This document shows positions 19,298 through 29,143 of a DNA stretch of 64,000 bases, piece after piece. The stretch's first letter is position 1. Each line of letters begins with the position of its first letter. Origin of the DNA: an uncultured Spirochaetia bacterium (lineage in GTDB: Bacteria; Spirochaetota; Spirochaetia; JABEVK01); the NCBI GenBank assembly GCA_937960645.1, contig CALGPJ010000006.1:146868-210867 (forward strand). The letters are read 5' to 3'. Below the pieces are notes generated by a model that made no database searches, had not been told where the DNA came from, and saw only the letters and a list, made by a program, of their open reading frames with translations. The position numbers were made by a program, and so were the translations under genes.

Positions 19298-22200
19298 CTA
19301 CCTTGTATACGTTCCGGATTCAAAGCTTGGGCTGGCATGGTGGCGGTACCCACCAGGTTGAATCTCCAGGGTCTCGAAGAGTTGCCAGCGCCACTGCTGC
19401 GGCCCGTTGGTGGCCCAATCGGCGGGCTTGTCACCAATCAGGGCCTTGTAGCGTGCGGGCACCGTGATGGCCCAGGTTACCCACCGCCAGTTGTTACTGT
19501 CGTTTTTGGCGAGTTTCACGAAGCCGTATTGCGTCTGATCCCAGGTGAGTGGAAAACCGGGTGCCACGGGCGGACCGGCAGGTGCGTCCCCCCCGCGGTA
19601 CCAGAGGGAATTGAAGCCCGTTGGAAAGGCACTGAAGTTGGAGGAAAACACGGTCTTGAAGGCCACCTCCTCGGCCACGGCGGAGTCCGACAGACCGCTT
19701 TTGAAGGCCCGGGCCTTGATCCTGTAGATATACCCACCGTCCAGATCCACCGTCCCAATGGTGATTTCCGTGGAATAAGGTGTTGAAGCTCCGGTGGGTG
19801 TCCCCGGATCAGCCGGAAGCGCGGGATTGTTCACGGTGGTCTTTCCGGAATTGCTGCTGGTGTAACGAATCGTGGCTCCCTCGGTTTCCGAGCTGATCTT
19901 CAGGGTGGTCGTGGTGGGTTGAGAATTTTCGCTCCCGCTCTGCTTTCGGATACGGATCACCGGAGTGGCAACCGGCCCAGTGGTGAAACGGTAAACCGCA
20001 CTGCTGGCGATACCGGCGTAGTTGTAACCCGCAGCATCCTTGAACGCGGTACCGTCGATGAGCACGTACCAGAGGACTCCTGGGGGAATCCCCGCAGACG
20101 GGGTGATGGTGATGGTCGCACTCCCCGCCCCCGTCACCTGAGCCGATTGAACATCGACCTCGATCTTGTTGTAACCCAAGGCATCAAAAATCGTCAAAAG
20201 GGAGGCGTTGTCGGGATCCAGGTTGTAGTTAAGCACCCAAAGGCCCTGGGTGTTGGGTACCCCGGCGACGGCCCCGTTGGTAGTGTAGGAGAACGAGTTG
20301 TCGAAGGTGGTCAAATTGGCACCACTCAACTGTCCCCGATATTCATCCCTCTGCACCTGGCTCATCAACACCGGGAATCTCTGGTGGACGCGGTGGAAGG
20401 TGATCTTGCCTGTGCCCTTGAACACGGGCTCACTGAAGGTCAGGTTCACCGAACTGCTGGTGACGTTCAACTGATTGTGGGTGGGATTGGTGGATATCAA
20501 GGTTGGGGCCACCGCGTCGATCACCAGGTTTTTGTTGTAGCCGAGGCTCTGTGGAGACCCGGGGTTGGCCAGGGTGAGGTTGGCGTTGTTGGAGAAGGCG
20601 TCCCGAATCGTTCCCCCGTTCAGATCGAGGGCGCCCGTGTTGGCATAGTCCAGATCGGCGCTGGCATCGTTGACCTGGACCACGTAGTGAAAGGTTAAGC
20701 TCGAGGTCCCGCTTCCACTCTGATAGTTAGCCGACCGAGCCGGACTGGTATTGAGGTTGAGCTTCGGTGCTCCGGTCACGGTTACGTTTTCGGAGAATTG
20801 CACGAGGATGACGATGGTGGAGCCGTGCGTGTGAATACCGTTGACCGTCGAACTGGTGACGTTGGTCACGACCGGTGCTGTCAGATCCAGGTTGAGGTTG
20901 ACGGCGGAACTTGCCGATCCCAGGTTACCGGCCTGATCGGTTTGCCGTGCCCGAACCGCGTACGCGCCATCCGTGTTCAGAGTTACGGGCCCTGTGTACG
21001 GCTGCCACGTGGTTCCCCCATTGACGGTGTATTCCAAGGAGGCTCCGAGCTCGCCGGATACAGTGAAGGTTTGCACGGTGTTGAAATTTCCGCCGCTGAT
21101 GCCACTCACCGTCGGGGCCGATGGGGGCGTGGTGTCGACCACCAGGGTAACGACGCCGGGAAGGCTGCTGGGACCGCTCGTCGGCTGGTTCAGGTTGGCG
21201 GTGTTGGTGGCGAGGTCGGTGATGGTCCCCGTTAAAGCGGTGGCCGAGTGGACATTCAGGGGATTGGCGTTGTCCCCGGCCTGCACGAGATAGGTAAAGG
21301 TGAGGACATTGGTTCCGGAGCCGAAAGCGTAGGTAGCGTTACGGACCGAGGCGCTGGTGTTCATCCGCAGCACCGGCGAGCCGGAGACGACCACAGGCTC
21401 GGAGAAAGTGACGGTAATACCGATGTTCTTGTTTTCGTTGTAGTGCCCGGGGGTGGTGCTGGAACTGACCGAGATAACCGTTGGAGCCACGGTGTCGATC
21501 ACGATGTTTTTGTTGTATCCCAGGCTGCCCGTCGAGGCCACCGCGGGAAGGGTCAGGGTGGCATTTAACCCGAGACTGTCCTTGATGGAGCCTCCGCTAA
21601 GCGATAGCGCCGTGGTGCTGGTGTAATCCAGGTCGGCTGTGTTGTGCCCGGATGCTACCGTGTACCGGAAGACCAGGATGTTGCTCCCGCTGCCGGACAG
21701 ATACGAGGCCGAACCGCCCGTATTCAGAGCGAGCGTGGGCGTGCCCGTCACGAAGGCCGACTTGGTGAACTGAACCGTGATATCGACGTTTTGCCCGGCT
21801 TTGTACGATCCGCTTGCGGTGAGGCTGTCCACGTTCGAAACGACAAAAGCCAGTCCATCGATCACGACGGTGACCGAGGCACTGACCGAAGACGTATTGC
21901 CTGCCACATCGGTCTGACGGCTCTGGATGATGTAGGTCCCGTTCGTGATCAGATTGACCATCACCGAGTACGCGTTCCAGGTACTTCCCCCGTCTAAGGT
22001 ATAGAAGGCACTGGCGCCCGGTTCGATACCGGTGAGAGTGAAACTCTGCGGCGTGTTGTAGTTTCCGCTGACCACACCGGTGATGGTTGGGGCCACAGGG
22101 GGAACCGCATCGACGACGATGGCCTTGTTGTGCCCCAGGCTGTTGGGTGCTCCGGGATTGGCCAGGGTCAAAACGGCGTCGTTTCCCGCCGGGTCTCGGA

Positions 22201-23299
22201 TGGTCCCGCCGTTGAGGTCCAGGGCCGTGGTGGAGGCATAGTCCAGATCGGGGCTGGCGTCACCGGCGGCCACCGTGTAGAGGAAGTTCAACGTGCTCGA
22301 GCCGCTGCCGTGGGTGTAGGTGGCGAATTTTCCGGCGATGTTGAGTTCCAGACGCGGGACACCCGTGACGAGGACGGGCTCGTTGAATTGGACCTGGATG
22401 GAGAGGGCCGAGCCGGTGCTGTACGAACCGTTGGCCGTCGAAGAATGAACGTTGTTTACCGAGGGTGGAACCGTGTCCACGTAAAAATTCTTGTTTGCCC
22501 CCAGGGAACCGCCCAGTCCTGGGCTGCCCAGACTGAGCACGGCGTCGGTGCCAGTGTTATCTTTGATGGTCCCCCCGTTGAGCTCCAGAGCTGTGGTGGA
22601 ATCGTAATCCAGCTCGGCGCTTTCGGGAGCGTTTTCTCCGGTCTGGATCAGGTAGTGGAAGACCAAAACATTGGTCCCGGAACCGGACACATATTGGGCA
22701 TAGACCGATGGCCCACTGTTGAGTTTGAGCCGGGGTGTGCCGGTCACCGTGGCCTGTTTGGTGAAGATCACGCGCAGGGGAAGGGTCTGTCCGGCCCGGT
22801 ACCAGCCGTTGTCCGCCAGGCTGGTCACCTCGACGACGCTCAAGCTGTTGTTGTCGGCAAGGAGAAATCGGCTTGCATGGTTCTTGTTGCCGGCCGCGTC
22901 GGTCACGATGACCCGAAAGTTCTGCGCTCCTGCGGCCGAAGCGAAGGCCGCCCCGAAGGCGGTGTTGAGGTTGACGGACCAGGAGGGCCCGGTGAAGTTT
23001 CCCAGGCTGAATTCCTGATTCTGTTCCATCCACCGAACGACGATGCTCGCTCCCTTGTTCGCCTGATTATCCGACCAGGTACCGCTCAAAAGGACGGGTT
23101 GAAGGGGATTGTTGGTCTTGAACGCCAGCCCGTCCTCGTTCGGCAATTGGATCGTGATCGCAGGGGGCAGGTAGTCCACCCCCTCCCCCAACCCTGGTGA
23201 GATCAGGTTCTCATCACAGGAAAAGAGCAGAAACACGAGAAAAACACGAATTAATAACGTTTCCAAAAAGGAAAATTGAAATTTTTTCAAATTGCCCAT
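19298..23299 (-). CDS. Giant surface lipoprotein with tandem Ig-like repeats (1333 aa)
   Basis: Lipobox …LLFSC; at least 5 copies of the same repeat module as in 16832..19288, two CHB_HEX_C-like modules, a Big_5-like segment and a distinct C-terminal domain of about 350 aa; 9-bp gap to the downstream paralogue. Confidence 0.6.
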   Translation of the reverse strand: MGNLKKFQFSFLETLLIRVFLVFLLFSCDENLISPGLGEGVDYLPPAITIQLPNEDGLAFKTNNPLQPVLLSGTWSDNQANKGASIVVRWMEQNQEFSLGNFTGPSWSVNLNTAFGAAFASAAGAQNFRVIVTDAAGNKNHASRFLLADNNSLSVVEVTSLADNGWYRAGQTLPLRVIFTKQATVTGTPRLKLNSGPSVYAQYVSGSGTNVLVFHYLIQTGENAPESAELDYDSTTALELNGGTIKDNTGTDAVLSLGSPGLGGSLGANKNFYVDTVPPSVNNVHSSTANGSYSTGSALSIQVQFNEPVLVTGVPRLELNIAGKFATYTHGSGSSTLNFLYTVAAGDASPDLDYASTTALDLNGGTIRDPAGNDAVLTLANPGAPNSLGHNKAIVVDAVPPVAPTITGVVSGNYNTPQSFTLTGIEPGASAFYTLDGGSTWNAYSVMVNLITNGTYIIQSRQTDVAGNTSSVSASVTVVIDGLAFVVSNVDSLTASGSYKAGQNVDITVQFTKSAFVTGTPTLALNTGGSASYLSGSGSNILVFRYTVASGHNTADLDYTSTTALSLSGGSIKDSLGLNATLTLPAVASTGSLGYNKNIVIDTVAPTVISVSSSTTPGHYNENKNIGITVTFSEPVVVSGSPVLRMNTSASVRNATYAFGSGTNVLTFTYLVQAGDNANPLNVHSATALTGTITDLATNTANLNQPTSGPSSLPGVVTLVVDTTPPSAPTVSGISGGNFNTVQTFTVSGELGASLEYTVNGGTTWQPYTGPVTLNTDGAYAVRARQTDQAGNLGSASSAVNLNLDLTAPVVTNVTSSTVNGIHTHGSTIVILVQFSENVTVTGAPKLNLNTSPARSANYQSGSGTSSLTFHYVVQVNDASADLDYANTGALDLNGGTIRDAFSNNANLTLANPGSPQSLGYNKNLVIDAVAPTLISTNPTHNQLNVTSSSVNLTFSEPVFKGTGKITFHRVHQRFPVLMSQVQRDEYRGQLSGANLTTFDNSFSYTTNGAVAGVPNTQGLWVLNYNLDPDNASLLTIFDALGYNKIEVDVQSAQVTGAGSATITITPSAGIPPGVLWYVLIDGTAFKDAAGYNYAGIASSAVYRFTTGPVATPVIRIRKQSGSENSQPTTTTLKISSETEGATIRYTSSNSGKTTVNNPALPADPGTPTGASTPYSTEITIGTVDLDGGYIYRIKARAFKSGLSDSAVAEEVAFKTVFSSNFSAFPTGFNSLWYRGGDAPAGPPVAPGFPLTWDQTQYGFVKLAKNDSNNWRWVTWAITVPARYKALIGDKPADWATNGPQQWRWQLFETLEIQPGGYRHHASPSFESGTYTR

Positions 23300-23454
23300 G
23301 GTTCATCTTACACCAATGGAAACGTTTCTGTCAACATCAAATTGAAAAAAATTTTGTCATGTTTTAGGCACTTTTCTGCGGCATTCGAATTCATACGAAA
23401 GACATAGCCAGAGACGCCGACGGCAAAGTCCCTCAAAACAGTCCCCACCTGAGC

Positions 23455-25434
23455 TCACCCCGTTTTCAGGCGCTGGATTTCATCTCGAATGAGGGCAGCT
23501 TGCTCGAATTCCAGGTTTTTGGCATGTTCCAGCATCTCTTTTTCCAGGACCTTGATCAGGGCACGACGCTGTTCGGGTACCAGGAGGTTGTAGCGGGACT
23601 TGAGCTCCTCGATGGTCTGGGCCTTGATGGTTTCCGCGGTGGGTTGCTCCCGTTCGAGGATGTCCTGGATGGCCTTGCGGATGGTGGTCGGGGTAATGCC
23701 ATGCTCCCTGTTGTACGCCTCCTGGATGCTTCGACGCCGCTGGGTCTCCTCGATGGCCTCCTTCATGGCCTCGCTCATCCGATCCGCGTACATGATCACC
23801 CGTCCCTCGTTGTGACGTGCAGCCCGGCCAATGATCTGGATCAGGCTGGTGGCGCTTCGAAGAAACCCAATCTTGTCCGCGTCCAGAATGGCAACCAGGC
23901 TGACTTCCGGAATGTCCAGCCCTTCCCGGAGGAGGTTGATGCCCACCAGGACGTCGAAGATCCCCTTGCGCAGGTCCCGGATCAGCTCCACCCGCTCCAC
24001 GGTCTCGACCTCGGAATGAAGGTAGCGGGTCTTGATGCCCATTTCCAGGAGGTACTCGGTGAGTTTCTCCGCCATACGCTTGGTGAGGGTGGTGATCATC
24101 ACCCTCTGGTTTTTGGCGATGACCTGCTGGATTTCTTTGTAGAGGTCCTCGATCTGGCCTTCGGTAGGGCGCACCTCCACCAGGGGGTCCAGAAGCCCGG
24201 TGGGCCGAGCGATTTGCTCCACCACCTGCTGGCTTTTTTCGAGTTCTTCCTTGCCCGGCGTGGCGCTCACGTAAACGGCACGCGTCACCATAGCCTCGAA
24301 CTCCTCGTAAAAGAGGGGCCGGTTGTCCAGGGCGCTGGGCAGACGAAAGCCGAAATCGACCAGGACTTGCTTGCGGGCCCGGTCCCCGTTGTACATGCCC
24401 CGAATCTGGCTCAAGCTCACGTGGGACTCGTCGACGAAGAGCAAAAAATCCTTGGGGAAATAATCCAGAAGCACTGCCGGCCTCTCCCCGGGCTTGCGAC
24501 CGGTCAGCTGCCGGGAGTAGTTCTCGATACCCGAGCAATACCCCATTTCGGAGAGCATTTCCAGGTCGTACTCGGTGCGGGCCTTGAGGCGTTCCGCCTC
24601 GACGATTTTTCCCTGGTCCAGAAGCTCCTGGTACCTGTCCTTGAGTTCCTCTCGGATCGATTCGATGGCCCTGTTGATCTGATCCTGGGGCATGACGAAG
24701 TGTTTGGCCGGAAAGATGGTACACTCCTCCACCTCCTCCAGCGTTTCCCGCGTCACGCCGTGGATACGTTTGATCCGGGAAATCTCCCCCCAGTCCAGCT
24801 CGATCCGAAACGCCTCCTCCATGTAGGCCGGCATGACCTCGAGGGTTTCCCCGATCACCCGGAAATTTCCACGTTCCAATACTTGATCGTTGCGCTCGTA
24901 CTGCAGGTCCACCAACCGGTGCTTGAATTCGTTCAGGTTGAGTTTCTGGCCGACCCTCAACGGGACCCGCATCTCGATGTAGTCCACCGGGGATCCCAGG
25001 CCGTAGATGGCGCTGACGGTCGCTACGACGATCACATCCTTGCGGCTGGCCAGGCTGGTGGTGGCGGCCAGCCTCAGCCGTTCGATTTCTTCGTTGATGT
25101 CGGCGTCCTTTTCGATATAGAGGTCCTTGCTCGGTACGTAGGCCTCGGGCTGATAGTAATCGTAGTAGCTGACGAAGTATTCCACCGCGTTCTTTGGGAA
25201 AAAATCACGAAACTCCCGATAAAGCTGGGCGGCCAGGGTCTTGTTGTGGCTCATTACCAGGGTAGGGAGTTGGATTTGTTCGATGACCTTGGCCATGGTG
25301 AACGTTTTTCCCGAGCCGGTGACCCCCTTGAGGGTTTGGAACCGGTACCCTTTCCGAAGCCCTTCCACCAAACGGGCGATGGCCTTGGGCTGGTCCCCGG
25401 AGGGCTGGTAAGGGGAATGGACCTCGAACCTCAT
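23455..25434 (-). CDS. uvrB: Excinuclease ABC subunit B
   Basis: Walker [11 protein letters not shown], the beta-hairpin region, and a C-terminal UVR domain (…[11 protein letters not shown]). Confidence 0.95.
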   Translation of the reverse strand: MRFEVHSPYQPSGDQPKAIARLVEGLRKGYRFQTLKGVTGSGKTFTMAKVIEQIQLPTLVMSHNKTLAAQLYREFRDFFPKNAVEYFVSYYDYYQPEAYVPSKDLYIEKDADINEEIERLRLAATTSLASRKDVIVVATVSAIYGLGSPVDYIEMRVPLRVGQKLNLNEFKHRLVDLQYERNDQVLERGNFRVIGETLEVMPAYMEEAFRIELDWGEISRIKRIHGVTRETLEEVEECTIFPAKHFVMPQDQINRAIESIREELKDRYQELLDQGKIVEAERLKARTEYDLEMLSEMGYCSGIENYSRQLTGRKPGERPAVLLDYFPKDFLLFVDESHVSLSQIRGMYNGDRARKQVLVDFGFRLPSALDNRPLFYEEFEAMVTRAVYVSATPGKEELEKSQQVVEQIARPTGLLDPLVEVRPTEGQIEDLYKEIQQVIAKNQRVMITTLTKRMAEKLTEYLLEMGIKTRYLHSEVETVERVELIRDLRKGIFDVLVGINLLREGLDIPEVSLVAILDADKIGFLRSATSLIQIIGRAARHNEGRVIMYADRMSEAMKEAIEETQRRRSIQEAYNREHGITPTTIRKAIQDILEREQPTAETIKAQTIEELKSRYNLLVPEQRRALIKVLEKEMLEHAKNLEFEQAALIRDEIQRLKTG

Positions 25435-25447
25435 AGACTGTCTTTCC

Positions 25448-26707
25448 TCAAAAGTTCAGATCCTTGGGACGCTCGGAGAGGGTTAGGGTGACTTCCTGCC
25501 GCTGCCCGTTGGGTCGAACGATTCCGACCTTCAGACGATCACCCGGTTTTGTCGTTTCGAGGGCAGTGAAAAGCTGCCCAATGGTGCTAACCTCCTGGCC
25601 GGCGACACTGACGATGATGTCGCCACCCAGGTAAATGATGGTTCGACCGTAACGCACTCCCCGGTCGCGGCTCCCCCCCCGAATGCCGGCCTTGTCGGCC
25701 GCCCCGCCGGGGGTCACCTGACTCACCAGGAGGCCGCTGGTGACGGGCAAGCGTCCCACCCGAACCAGGGCCGGGAAAATCTGGACAGGGACCACATCGA
25801 TCCAGCCCCTCTGAACCTTACCGAACTGGATGAGGTCGGGCACCACCCTCTTGGCCGTGTTCACCGGCACGGCGAATCCGATGCCGACGCTGCCCCCGCT
25901 GGTGCTGTAGATCATGGTGTTGATACCGATCATCTCGCCCCGGGAATTGAGCAGGGGGCCGCCCGAGTTGCCGGGATTGATGCTGGCATCGGTCTGAATC
26001 ATGCCCTGGATGACAATCCCGTTTCGCCCCTGGATGGGCCTCCCCAGGGCCGAGACGATTCCCGTGGTCAGGGTTCGATCGAAGCCGAAGGGATTGCCGA
26101 TGGCCAGCACCTTTTGCCCGACTCTCAATCCATCGCTGGTTCCCAGAGGAATGGTGGGCAGCTGTCGACTGCCAGGATTGAACTTGATGACCGCCAGGTC
26201 GCTTTCGGGGTCGGTGCCGACCACCTCGGCCTCAAACTGGGTGCCATCCGCCAGATTGACGAAGAGCCTTGAGGCTCTCTCCACGACGTGATTGTTGGTA
26301 AGTACGTAGCCACGGGTATCGATGATGCTGCCACTGCCGCTGCCCCCCTCGGAGGGAACGGGTTCGAGGAACCAGTTGAGCCTGACGACCTCGGTCGTGA
26401 TATGGACAACGGCCTCATTGACCCGCTCATACACGGCGATGCTGTTCTGTTCATCGGGACTGTACTCCAAGCCCGCCTGCACCGGTGTCAGGGCGAGGGG
26501 GGAGGACTCGGCCGTCTGAAGCACGGTCCTTTCTTCAAGTTGCAGGACTTTCTCGGACTCGGACTGGGCATTCGATGCCGCTGTCTGCTGATTGTCTTGA
26601 GAATCGAAACCAGAAAAAACCTGAACAGCGAGAAGCATTGTTAGGAGGCCGAGGAAAAAGCCCAGCGATAAAAATCCTACGAGCGAGCGGCCGGTGTAGA
26701 GTTTCAT
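25448..26707 (-). CDS. htrA: HtrA/DegP-family periplasmic serine protease (trypsin-like domain plus PDZ)
   Basis: Catalytic triad context (TNNHVV, …DLAVIK, GNSGGPL); C-terminal PDZ; N-terminal TM/signal segment. Confidence 0.85.
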   Translation of the reverse strand: MKLYTGRSLVGFLSLGFFLGLLTMLLAVQVFSGFDSQDNQQTAASNAQSESEKVLQLEERTVLQTAESSPLALTPVQAGLEYSPDEQNSIAVYERVNEAVVHITTEVVRLNWFLEPVPSEGGSGSGSIIDTRGYVLTNNHVVERASRLFVNLADGTQFEAEVVGTDPESDLAVIKFNPGSRQLPTIPLGTSDGLRVGQKVLAIGNPFGFDRTLTTGIVSALGRPIQGRNGIVIQGMIQTDASINPGNSGGPLLNSRGEMIGINTMIYSTSGGSVGIGFAVPVNTAKRVVPDLIQFGKVQRGWIDVVPVQIFPALVRVGRLPVTSGLLVSQVTPGGAADKAGIRGGSRDRGVRYGRTIIYLGGDIIVSVAGQEVSTIGQLFTALETTKPGDRLKVGIVRPNGQRQEVTLTLSERPKDLNF

Positions 26708-26715
26708 GCCTTAAA

Positions 26716-28245
26716 TTACCTTAAAAACGACGGAATGTCCAAGTGCTCCCTGCCAAACCCGAGCTCCCCGTAGAGTCGAAGACGAATGGCCTCCTCCAGG
26801 TCCCCGGCACCGACATCCGATCGTTGTCCGAGATCAGCCAGGGTCCGCGCCACTTTCAGGATGCCCAGTCGTGCCCGGCCGCTCCACCCCCATCGGTTCG
26901 CACTATCCGAAAACTTTTTACTCAAATGGGGCTCCAACCGTACCACCTCGAGGATCTCTTCCAGATCCAGATGAGCGTTGAGCTTCCCGCCGGGATTCCT
27001 GACCCTCTGCCGATCCACGGCCATTACGATGCTCCTCCTCAGGCTTGCCAAATCGACCGAATCCGTCCGGAGAAGGTCTTCCGATTCCAATGGGGAACAC
27101 CAGATTCTGATATCCACCCGATCGAGCATCGGTCCGCCGAGGGTTTTCCAGTACTGATGGATCTCGGAGGGGGAACAAAAACAGGTCCCCTGGGCCAGAC
27201 CCAGGCGTCCGCAGGGACAGGGATTGGCCGTCATCACCAGTTGGAACTTTGCCGGATATCGGTACGAACGCCCCGAGCGCACCACGTACACTTCTCCGTC
27301 CTGGGCGGGATGACGGAGGCTTTGGAGGGCCGCACTCGAAAATTCCAGAACCTCGTCCAGAATGAGCAGTCCCCCGTGGCTGCGCGTGACCTCGCCGGGT
27401 TTCAAATCACCGCCACCACAAAGTCCCTCTCGGGAGGCCCCGGGACTGACGAAACGCACGGGGCGCCGGTCGATCCACCCCTCCTCGGGCTTCCACTCTC
27501 CCGCGAGGCTGGCAATTCGATTGATGTCGATCTCTTCTTCCTCTGTCGGTGGTGGAAGAAGGGCGGCCAGGGACCGCGCCGCCAGCGTCTTTCCTGTACC
27601 CGGGGGTCCAACCAGGAGGACGTGGTGACTGCCGGCCGCAGCGGCGGCAAGACTGTAAACCTGGGGGCCGCGAACCCGAAAATCGGCGTTCTTTTTCTCG
27701 CAATATCCGGACATCCTGGTCATGACGGGTGCCGGCTTCTTGTCCGCCATGTCGCGAAACACCTGAGCGGCCTCGGAGAGGTGGCGGATGGGAAACACAT
27801 CGACCCCGGGAACCGAAGCCGCTTCGTTGAGTTGTTCCAGAGGAACCAAAAGTTGTTTGACCCCCAGATCGCGGGCCAGCAGGGCAGCCCCCAACACTCC
27901 GGGAACGGGACGGGTCAATCCTTCCAGGGAAAGCTCGCCGAGCGCCAGAATGGGTCTCTCGACGGCGGGCAGCTGTCCCATGGCCTCCAGGATGGATAGC
28001 GCCAAAGCCAGATCGTAACCCCCGCCGTTTTTTCGCAAGTCCGCGGGCGCCAGGGAGAGGAGCACCCTCCCCTCCCAAAGCGCAAAACCACTTCGGCGGA
28101 GGGCAACCCGAATCCTCTCCCGCGCCTCCTGGACCGCCTGGTTCGCCATCCCGATGAGGTCCATGCCGGGAATCCCCCGCCTCAGGTCCACCTCGATCCG
28201 AACCAATTCTCCCTGAAACCCCAACGGGGCATAGCCATAAATCAT
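26716..28245 (-). CDS. comM: YifB/ComM-family Mg-chelatase-like AAA+ ATPase
   Basis: N-terminal Lon-like ChlI domain, Walker A GPPGTGKT, Walker B LLILDEV, C4 zinc motif CPCG…C…C. The true start was reassigned to MIYGYAPLG; the track ORF extends 396 nt further as R/S-rich junk. Confidence 0.8.
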   Translation of the reverse strand: MIYGYAPLGFQGELVRIEVDLRRGIPGMDLIGMANQAVQEARERIRVALRRSGFALWEGRVLLSLAPADLRKNGGGYDLALALSILEAMGQLPAVERPILALGELSLEGLTRPVPGVLGAALLARDLGVKQLLVPLEQLNEAASVPGVDVFPIRHLSEAAQVFRDMADKKPAPVMTRMSGYCEKKNADFRVRGPQVYSLAAAAAGSHHVLLVGPPGTGKTLAARSLAALLPPPTEEEEIDINRIASLAGEWKPEEGWIDRRPVRFVSPGASREGLCGGGDLKPGEVTRSHGGLLILDEVLEFSSAALQSLRHPAQDGEVYVVRSGRSYRYPAKFQLVMTANPCPCGRLGLAQGTCFCSPSEIHQYWKTLGGPMLDRVDIRIWCSPLESEDLLRTDSVDLASLRRSIVMAVDRQRVRNPGGKLNAHLDLEEILEVVRLEPHLSKKFSDSANRWGWSGRARLGILKVARTLADLGQRSDVGAGDLEEAIRLRLYGELGFGREHLDIPSFLR

Positions 28246-28333
28246 AATGAGTCTCCGGGTTAATAACGCAAACCTCGAGGATTTTGTCCCGATTCGGTGG
28301 AAAACTCTGTCCTGAATCAGTAATTTGGTAGGC

Positions 28334-29143
28334 ATGAATCGATTCGACCTGATTGCCCTCGACCTGGACGACACCCTTCTGCGCAGCGACCTGACCATCG
28401 GCGACGAGGATCGAGAGGCCCTGATTCGTGCCGAGGAGCGCGGCATCCTGCTGGTGCTGGCCACCGGCAGGGGGCCGGAGGGGATGCGGCGTTTCTGGCA
28501 GGTCCTGGGCATGGACCGCCGTCCGGGCTGGGCCATTGGGTATAACGGCGCCCTGGTGGTACGCACCGACACCGGGGAGGAACTCATCCGGCACGAGCTC
28601 ACCTCGGATGTGGCTCGGCTGGTGGTGGAGATTTGCCACACCCAGGATTTCGCGGTCCAAACCTACCGCGACGGGCAAATCAAGGTGTCGCGGGAGAACG
28701 ATTGGACCCACCACGACTCCTACCTGACCGGTCTGCCCAACGTGGTGGTCTCGGATGCCGAATTGGTGCAGCCCGCACCGGTAAAGCTGGTCATCCCCGG
28801 AGACCCCGCTCGCCTGCCCGACCTGAAACTCAAGATCGTCAAAAAACTCGGTGAACAGGCCGATGTGGTGATCTCCAAGCCATACTTTTTGGAAGTCCTG
28901 CCCCCGGGCGTCAACAAGGGCAGGTCCCTGGAAAGGCTTTGCGGCATCCTCGGAATCGAGCGGCATCGGGTGATGGCCCTGGGAGACGCGATGAACGACG
29001 CCGAGATGCTTGAGTGGGCAGGCTTCGGGGTGGCGATGGCCAACTCCGTTCCCGCCATCAAGAGCCTGGCCCAGGCGGTCACGGAACGCGACCACGACCA
29101 TGGCGGGGTGGCCGAGGCCCTTCACCGCTGGGTGCTGACATGA
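28334..29143 (+). CDS. Cof-type HAD-IIB phosphatase
   Basis: Motif I DLDDTLL, LVLATGR, and C-terminal GDAMNDAEML. Confidence 0.75.
   Translation: MNRFDLIALDLDDTLLRSDLTIGDEDREALIRAEERGILLVLATGRGPEGMRRFWQVLGMDRRPGWAIGYNGALVVRTDTGEELIRHELTSDVARLVVEICHTQDFAVQTYRDGQIKVSRENDWTHHDSYLTGLPNVVVSDAELVQPAPVKLVIPGDPARLPDLKLKIVKKLGEQADVVISKPYFLEVLPPGVNKGRSLERLCGILGIERHRVMALGDAMNDAEMLEWAGFGVAMANSVPAIKSLAQAVTERDHDHGGVAEALHRWVLT

Noticed and set aside
19919-23200. Long ORFs on the plus strand (for example 19919..20698, 20798..21235, 22130..23200) antisense to the giant lipoprotein genes
   Set aside because: Their Gly/Arg/Val-rich low-complexity translations come from GC-rich third-codon positions of the genuine minus-strand gene; no start or RBS context and no family resemblance.
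23480-25491. 414-aa (minus) and 663-aa (plus) ORFs overlapping uvrB
   Set aside because: UvrB is unambiguous; the alternatives are Arg/Gly/Pro-rich shadow frames.
28246-28641. N-terminal 132-residue extension of the comM ORF in the track
   Set aside because: R/S-rich translation with no homology; YifB/ComM homologues start at MIYGY…; the extension would also cross the divergent HAD promoter.
26743-29125. 418-aa (plus) and 572-aa (minus) ORFs overlapping comM and the HAD gene
   Set aside because: Shadow frames of high-GC coding sequence; the comM and HAD assignments have clear motif support.
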